From the IMG/VR virus record IMGVR_UViG_3300031555_002578: a stretch of 64,000 nt of DNA. One strand, given 5' to 3'. The notes below the pieces were generated by a model, which had not been told where the DNA came from, did no database searches, and saw only the letters and a program-made list of their open reading frames with translations. How positions within the stretch are numbered: the first letter of the stretch is position 1; every line of letters starts with the position of its first letter. This stretch comes from a virus (lineage: Duplodnaviria; Caudoviricetes). A program made the translations under genes and the position numbers. Positions 58,092 to 64,000 of the stretch are shown here, one piece after another.

Positions 58092-58128
58092 TAAATATTA
58101 AAATGTCTGTGGAGAGAGGTAAAATTAT

Positions 58129-58860
58129 ATGGATGAAAGATTAATTTTAATGAAAAATTATTTTTCTCTTAATCAAACATATTTAATGTATTGTAATGAT
58201 TATATTGAAACTAATTTAAAAAATGTATTATTAAGTGGAGATGTGATTGGTAAATTTATTCCATTAAAAGATTTAAATTTACAAAAAGATGTTGTTAATT
58301 TAGGATGGGGTTGGCATGAAGACCAATGGTTAAAAGAAACAAAATATAATAAATTGGACTTAGGAAAATCTATTATTAAAAATGGAACATATTATCCAAT
58401 TACAGTTTCTAAAATAAAAAATGATGATAAATTATATGTTTTTGAAGGAAATCACAGAATTATGTCTTTAAAGATGCTTGTTATGACAGGAGAAATAGAC
58501 GAAAATTTTAAAATGTTTTGCTTAATACTTCCTACTAATTTTGAGACATATAGTGAATACTGCAATCATCGTAATAGTGTTTTTGCATATAGAGACATAA
58601 TGGTACATCAACATAATTTTGATAAGATATTAGACAATAAAATTATATTGAATATATTGCACAATCAAGCAAAATTATATGGAGATAAAATGATAAATGA
58701 TTATGTTATAGAAAAACATACGAATAATTGTTTTGATATATTGTTTGCCATGACTGGATTCTCAAAAATATTGAGAGATTTATTATATATTTACAAAGAA
58801 ATTAAGCCAAGTAAAATAATAAATGATGAACAGGAGTATAAAAAATGGATAACAATTTAA
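58129..58860 (+). CDS. ParB/Srx-like domain protein
   Basis: SIIKNGTYYPITV...LYVFEGNHRIMSLK. Confidence 0.65.
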   Translation: MDERLILMKNYFSLNQTYLMYCNDYIETNLKNVLLSGDVIGKFIPLKDLNLQKDVVNLGWGWHEDQWLKETKYNKLDLGKSIIKNGTYYPITVSKIKNDDKLYVFEGNHRIMSLKMLVMTGEIDENFKMFCLILPTNFETYSEYCNHRNSVFAYRDIMVHQHNFDKILDNKIILNILHNQAKLYGDKMINDYVIEKHTNNCFDILFAMTGFSKILRDLLYIYKEIKPSKIINDEQEYKKWITI

Positions 58861-59666
58861 TGGATTTATCTCATATTAAAAGATTGTATATTAATTTAAA
58901 TTTAACTAATGAATTTTTATTAAAATATGATAATTTTAATGATATAGTATATTTGTATAATTCTTTATTTTTACAATTAAACAAGAATAGATTTGGAACA
59001 ATAAGAACATTAAAAGAATCAGAAGTAAATGATGGGTTTTATTTTGGTAATCCAACAATGGTTGTCTTTAATATATTAGATTTTTCATTTGAATTTATTG
59101 ATATATTGATAGATATTATTAATAATGCAAAACAAAATTTAGACAATAAGGTTAGTTATTCCATAATTATAGATGGTAAATTTATAACAAGTGAATTAAT
59201 AAAAAAAATATATGTAGAAAATATTTTTATTAAAGATAGTCAATGTAAAGGACATGATTTTTGGTATCAAAAATTAGTAGAATTTAATGTACTGATTTTG
59301 TCTTTTAATAAAGATGAAATTTATGGCATTTCTCAATATGCAGATTCTATATTTGTTCAATTTAATGATAAAAATGATATGAATGTTGAAGATAAGAATG
59401 GGGTTTGTCCAGAATTAGTATATTATCTTAATATTTGTGAAGATGGTTCAATTACTCCATGTTTTTTGATGAAATCAAATATTAATAAAGATTATGTTTT
59501 AGGAAACATTCAAGATTCTACTATTTTAGATATTTATTATTCTGAAAAATTTGAAGTTTTAAGGAATAGACTAAAAAATAAAAATAATTGTGAAATATGT
59601 AAAAGTTGTCCTAACCGTAATAAAAAATATAATGATATATTTTCTGTTATTGTTATGCCAGATTAA
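58845..59666 (+). CDS. SPASM-domain protein lacking the radical SAM triad
   Basis: C-terminal CPEL...ICEDGSITPCF...LGNI...CEICKSC; no CxxxCxxC. Confidence 0.7.
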   Translation: MDNNLMDLSHIKRLYINLNLTNEFLLKYDNFNDIVYLYNSLFLQLNKNRFGTIRTLKESEVNDGFYFGNPTMVVFNILDFSFEFIDILIDIINNAKQNLDNKVSYSIIIDGKFITSELIKKIYVENIFIKDSQCKGHDFWYQKLVEFNVLILSFNKDEIYGISQYADSIFVQFNDKNDMNVEDKNGVCPELVYYLNICEDGSITPCFLMKSNINKDYVLGNIQDSTILDIYYSEKFEVLRNRLKNKNNCEICKSCPNRNKKYNDIFSVIVMPD

Positions 59667-59683
59667 GTTTAAGGAGAATTATA

Positions 59684-60583
59684 GTGAAAGATTTATCTCA
59701 TATTTATAAAATTGATATTGAATTACAATCTTTTTGCAATAGAAAATGTGATTGGTGTCCCAATAAAGAATTCGACAGAACTTTTAAGGAAGAAATGTCA
59801 GATAAAACATTTGAATGTCTATTAATTATGTTGAAAGAAAGTAATTATGGTATTTTTAAAAACAATCATATTCCTATTTTTTCTTTTCTTGGATATCAAG
59901 AATGTTTTAGTAATGTTGAGTATTTTTCAAAACGATTGAATGAAATAAAAAAAGTATTTAATAATGCGATTTATGTAACTAATTCTAATGGAGATTATTT
60001 GAATAAAGATAATTTACAAAAAGTAAAGTTAAATAGTTTGTCTATTCAAGATTATGATAATAAAGGATTTATTTATTGGTATAAAAAATTTCAGGAATTT
60101 GAAGTTTTTAATATTAATTATAATATTGAAAATGGTGTTTTATTTGGAAATCATTATACTATTGAAAATATAAATGTTGTTTTGAATTGGGCAAATAAAA
60201 TTAAATTGGAAAATCGTGGAGGATATTTTAAACATAATGATTTGCCAAATATGAATTGGCTAAATAATATGGATATTAGAACACAATCTTGCCCAGAAGC
60301 AGAATACTTTCTTACAATTTCTTATGATGGTTCTGTAATGCCATGTTGTCATATGCGTCCAGATAATCCAGAGCATAAAGATTATATTTTAGGAAATATT
60401 CAAGATACTTCCCTTTTAGACATTTATTATTCTGAAAAAGCAGAGCAATTTAGAGAAAAAATGCGAATAGATAATGGGGAATATCCAGAACCTTGTAAAT
60501 ATTGTCAAAAAACAAGAGAAGGGAATCTTATTGGTTCTCCATATGGGTATTGGTACATTAATAATAAGTATATTAAAGTTTAA
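59684..60583 (+). CDS. Radical SAM/SPASM protein
   Basis: CNRKCDWC; CPEA...DGSVMPCC...LGNI...PCKYC. Confidence 0.9.
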   Translation: MKDLSHIYKIDIELQSFCNRKCDWCPNKEFDRTFKEEMSDKTFECLLIMLKESNYGIFKNNHIPIFSFLGYQECFSNVEYFSKRLNEIKKVFNNAIYVTNSNGDYLNKDNLQKVKLNSLSIQDYDNKGFIYWYKKFQEFEVFNINYNIENGVLFGNHYTIENINVVLNWANKIKLENRGGYFKHNDLPNMNWLNNMDIRTQSCPEAEYFLTISYDGSVMPCCHMRPDNPEHKDYILGNIQDTSLLDIYYSEKAEQFREKMRIDNGEYPEPCKYCQKTREGNLIGSPYGYWYINNKYIKV

Positions 60584-60604
60584 GGAGAATGGAGGTATTT
60601 TATA

Positions 60605-61282
60605 TTGAAATCATTATATAATCAAATTGGAATATTTGCTCCTGCAAGATTGAATAGTCAAAGACTTCCAAACAAACAAATATTGCCTATTGGTAATTCT
60701 TGCATGTTTGAAATATGTTGTAAAAAATTAGATTATATTAAAACACAATATGGTATTAATACATATGTTCTTATTTGTGATGATGAATTAATTAACATTG
60801 CAAAAAAATATCCAAACATACAAATTATAATCAGAGATATTGAAACAACAAAAGTAGATGCTCCATTAAGATATATTTATAAAGATGTTTTGAATTTAAA
60901 AGAAAAATATCTTATGTTTTTTAATCCATGTTTGATTTTTTTAACTCCAGAGACAATTTTAAATAAAATTAAAGAATTTATTTTTTCAGGTAAAAATTAT
61001 GCTACAAGTGTTAAAAAATTCCATAATTGGCTTTGGGATGATAATGATAATCAAATTACAGATATTAATTTTAAAGAATTAAACACAAAAGATATAACTC
61101 CTTGGTATCAAGCAGCACATTGTTTTCACATATTTAATAGAGAAAAATTTAAAGAAGATGGATTTATGTTGAAAGATGATTTAGTCCTTCTTGAAATTCC
61201 TATTGAAGAAACAATTGATATCGATACGAGAGAGGATTATGAATATGCTAAATGGAAATGGGAAATACAAGTATGTAATTGA
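60605..61282 (+). CDS. neuA: Acylneuraminate cytidylyltransferase (NeuA family)
   Basis: APARLNSQRLPNKQI and IDIDTREDY motifs. Confidence 0.85.
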   Translation: MKSLYNQIGIFAPARLNSQRLPNKQILPIGNSCMFEICCKKLDYIKTQYGINTYVLICDDELINIAKKYPNIQIIIRDIETTKVDAPLRYIYKDVLNLKEKYLMFFNPCLIFLTPETILNKIKEFIFSGKNYATSVKKFHNWLWDDNDNQITDINFKELNTKDITPWYQAAHCFHIFNREKFKEDGFMLKDDLVLLEIPIEETIDIDTREDYEYAKWKWEIQVCN

Positions 61283-61892
61283 TATTGATGGTACAATTTG
61301 TACTCAAGATGGAACTGATTATGGGAACGCATTACCAAAATATAATATAATTGAAAAAATAAATAAATTATATGATGAAGGAAATCAAATTGTATTGTTT
61401 ACAGCAAGAGGATATGAAACTCATATTGACTGGTCTGATAGAACATTACAACAACTTCAAGTATGGGGTGTTAAATATCATGATTTGATTTTTGGAAAAC
61501 CTTCAGCAGATTTATATGTAGATGATAAGGCGTGTCATGTAGATGATTTTATGAATCAAGAAAATATTGATTATGTTACTGTAATCAATAAATCTTGGGG
61601 AAAAGAATATCTTCTTGATATTACGCCTACATATGCTATGAAACGTTTATGTATTGATGCAGGAAAAAATATTTCTTTACAATATCATAAGAAAAAGCGT
61701 GAAACATGGCATATTGTAAAAGGAACTGGTCTTGCAAAAATTCATGATGAAATACATGAAGTAAATGTAGGAAATACTATTGCTATTCCTGTTGGTACAA
61801 TTCATCAAATTAAAGCAATTACTGATTTGGTTATTATAGAGAGTTCCACTATTGAATTAGATGATATAGTAAGAATTAGAGAGGATTTTTAA
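61245..61892 (+). CDS. HAD phosphatase fused to a mannose-6-phosphate-isomerase-type cupin
   Basis: DIDGT, FTARG, GKPSADLYVDD; KSWGKE...ISLQYHKKKRETWHIVKG...GTIHQI. Confidence 0.8.
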   Translation: MLNGNGKYKYVIDIDGTICTQDGTDYGNALPKYNIIEKINKLYDEGNQIVLFTARGYETHIDWSDRTLQQLQVWGVKYHDLIFGKPSADLYVDDKACHVDDFMNQENIDYVTVINKSWGKEYLLDITPTYAMKRLCIDAGKNISLQYHKKKRETWHIVKGTGLAKIHDEIHEVNVGNTIAIPVGTIHQIKAITDLVIIESSTIELDDIVRIREDF

Positions 61893-61894
61893 TT

Positions 61895-62716
61895 ATGATG
61901 TTTATTGGAGAGATTGGTATAAATCATAATGGTGATTTGGATACTGCATTGAAACTTATTAATGAAGCAAAACGCTGTGGTGTAGATGTTGTTAAATTTC
62001 AAAAACGTGACCCAGATGTTTGTGTTCCTGAATATCAGAAGAATGTAAAACGGATTTGGAAAGGTAGAGAAATGACTTACCTTGAATACAAATATGACGT
62101 TGAATTTTGGGAAGAAGAATATGATATGATTAATCAGCATTGTAAAAATATTGGGATTCAATGGACGGTAAGCGTATGGGATGTCCCTAGTGTTGAATTT
62201 ATGAAACGATACATAAATGATATTCCATTTATTAAGATTCCAAGTGCTTGTATTGTTGACATGGATTTGATTGAAGCAGTTAATAATTTAGGCATTCCCG
62301 TTTTATTTTCTGATGGTATGAGTACAAGTGAAGAAATTAATGATACTTTTATAAAATTAGATAATGTTATTGGTATTTTGCATTGCAATAGTTCTTATCC
62401 TTGTGCCGAAAATGAAATTGATTTGAACGTAATAAAATGGTATGGTAATATTTACTCAAAATTAAGAATTGGATATAGTGGTCATGAAATTGGTTACTTC
62501 CCTACCCTTCTTGCTTATACTATAGGAGCAGATATTATTGAGAGACATATTACTCTTGATAAGAATATGGAAGGTTCAGACCATAAATGTAGTCTTGATA
62601 TAAATGATTTAGAGGAATTAATGAAACAGTTTGAGCGTATTAAGGCTATTTTAGGAAATCATTATGTGACTGTTTATGATTCTGAAAAAAAAGTGAAAGA
62701 TAAACTGAGAAAATAA
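61895..62716 (+). CDS. neuB: N-acetylneuraminate/nonulosonate synthase (NeuB family, short form without SAF domain)
   Basis: EIGINHNGD, VKFQKR, KIPSA, HCNSSYP, GYSGHE, IERHITLD, GSDH. Confidence 0.92.
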   Translation: MMFIGEIGINHNGDLDTALKLINEAKRCGVDVVKFQKRDPDVCVPEYQKNVKRIWKGREMTYLEYKYDVEFWEEEYDMINQHCKNIGIQWTVSVWDVPSVEFMKRYINDIPFIKIPSACIVDMDLIEAVNNLGIPVLFSDGMSTSEEINDTFIKLDNVIGILHCNSSYPCAENEIDLNVIKWYGNIYSKLRIGYSGHEIGYFPTLLAYTIGADIIERHITLDKNMEGSDHKCSLDINDLEELMKQFERIKAILGNHYVTVYDSEKKVKDKLRK

Positions 62717-62739
62717 TTAGTTGATAAAGGAGAAAATAA

Positions 62740-63582
62740 ATGATTTATTATTATATACCAGATTTCTTTTTTAATTACGATATAAATGTAAGATTACTTG
62801 AACTCATTCAAACTGAACCAGATATGTTTTATGATGATTTTAAAATAGGTGCTGTTTTTGGTAATTTTCCTAATTGTATTTGGAATGGTGGAAGACCTGT
62901 ATTTGGAAATAATTTAAATTTTGCAGAAATGCAAAATATTTCAGCACAATTTAATTATTATGGAGTTCCTTTAAGATTAACTATGACTAATCCTGTAGTT
63001 GAAGAAACAGATGTTTATGATAGATATGCTAATTATATTATGCAGAATTTAAATAATGGGTTTAATCAGGTTTTAGTTGCGAATTCTATTTTAGAAGAAT
63101 ATATTAGAGAAAAATATCCTGAATATCCTGTAATCCGTTCTATATTGGCTAGTAATGAAGTTTATTATGATGATTCAGATAAATATTTTATGAGTGTTCT
63201 TAAAAGAGAAGTAAATGATGATTTTGAATTACTAAAGTCTATTAAAAATAAAGATAAAATTGAAATTTTAATTAATGAAACTTGCCCAAAGGATTGTAAA
63301 CATAGATTAATTCATCAAAAAAATGATGGATTAGCACAATTGTATAAAATACCAATTGATACATATTGTCCACATATTCAAGATAAAAAACAATATGAAT
63401 TAGAGGGTAATATTAATTGTTCATTATATTTAACTAGAGATAAAATTAAAAATATTTATGAACCTATGGGATTTAAACATTTTAAAATTAGTGGTAGAGG
63501 GAATTATAAAGTTATTCTTGATTATGCTCATTATATGGTTAAGCCAGAACATAAAGATATATTTATGAAATTTATTATGTAA
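62740..63582 (+). CDS. U32-peptidase-like TIM-barrel Fe-S protein
   Basis: EILINETCPKDCKHR and GFKHFKISGR (U32-like KIEGR). Confidence 0.6.
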   Translation: MIYYYIPDFFFNYDINVRLLELIQTEPDMFYDDFKIGAVFGNFPNCIWNGGRPVFGNNLNFAEMQNISAQFNYYGVPLRLTMTNPVVEETDVYDRYANYIMQNLNNGFNQVLVANSILEEYIREKYPEYPVIRSILASNEVYYDDSDKYFMSVLKREVNDDFELLKSIKNKDKIEILINETCPKDCKHRLIHQKNDGLAQLYKIPIDTYCPHIQDKKQYELEGNINCSLYLTRDKIKNIYEPMGFKHFKISGRGNYKVILDYAHYMVKPEHKDIFMKFIM

Positions 63583-63605
63583 TTAGTTGATAAAGGAGAA
63601 AATAA

Positions 63606-64000
63606 ATGATTTATTATTATATACCAGACTTTTTTTGGCATTATAATGTTAATGTAAGATTACTTGAACTCATTCAAACTGAACCAGATATGTTTTATGA
63701 TGATTTTAAAATAGGTGCTGTTTTTGGTAATTTTCCTAATTGTATTTGGAATGGTGGGGGGCATCATCATGGAAGACATGTCGGTGTAGAAGAAATGCAA
63801 AATATTTCAGCACAATTTAATTATTATGGAGTTCCTTTAAGATTAACTATGACTAATCCTGTAGTTGAAGAAACAGATGTTTATGATAGATATGCTAATT
63901 ATATTATGCAGAATTTAAATAATGGGTTTAATCAGGTTTTAGTTGCGAATTCTATTTTAGAAGAATATATTAGAGAAAAATATCCTGAATATCCTGTAAT
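63606..64000 (+). CDS. Second U32-like paralog (partial)
   Basis: Near-identical duplicate of the 62740 gene's 5' region, including the upstream motif and RBS. Confidence 0.75.
   Translation, partial: MIYYYIPDFFWHYNVNVRLLELIQTEPDMFYDDFKIGAVFGNFPNCIWNGGGHHHGRHVGVEEMQNISAQFNYYGVPLRLTMTNPVVEETDVYDRYANYIMQNLNNGFNQVLVANSILEEYIREKYPEYPV

Noticed and set aside
62714-64000. Diversity-generating retroelement TR/VR pair
   Set aside because: Differences are not adenine-restricted and no reverse transcriptase is in the window.

Overview
A 64 kb, AT-rich segment of a large SPbeta-like tailed phage or prophage, probably of a Firmicutes (clostridial-type) host; the host is inferred from sigma-A promoters and GGAGG-type RBSs. 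Layout: (i) 1-8.7 kb, a minus-strand early-type array of small ORFs built from repeated TTGACA-N17 promoters and long bulged hairpins, including a YodL-like protein and a J-domain protein; (ii) 8.7-11.3 kb, a non-coding strand-switch region with a structured block, several families of repeated palindromes and three perfect DnaA boxes; (iii) 11.3-24.8 kb, DUF3825, a Rep-like gene with direct repeats, a deaminase, a YonO-like single-subunit RNA polymerase, a beta-CASP nuclease, ClpP, a phosphoesterase, HU, two tRNAs, an HNH nuclease and a tyrosine recombinase; (iv) 24.9-58.1 kb, virion genes (terminase, portal, protease/scaffold, capsid, tail tube, tape measure, baseplate/fibre) with an inserted cysteine desulfurase; (v) 58.1-64 kb, an accessory enzyme cluster (ParB-like, SPASM, radical SAM, NeuA, HAD-cupin, NeuB, tandem U32-like paralogs). 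Top finding: the tape-measure gene is split by a 977-nt group I-like intron (44608-45584). Its P1/P10 guide pairings predict an exact in-frame splice giving 3348 aa. I could not find a canonical P7. Instead of a homing endonuclease it carries antisense cargo genes with their own promoter and terminator. Second finding: an apparently complete CMP-KDN/nonulosonate pathway next to Fe-S enzymes. All structures were paired by eye and no database searches were run.
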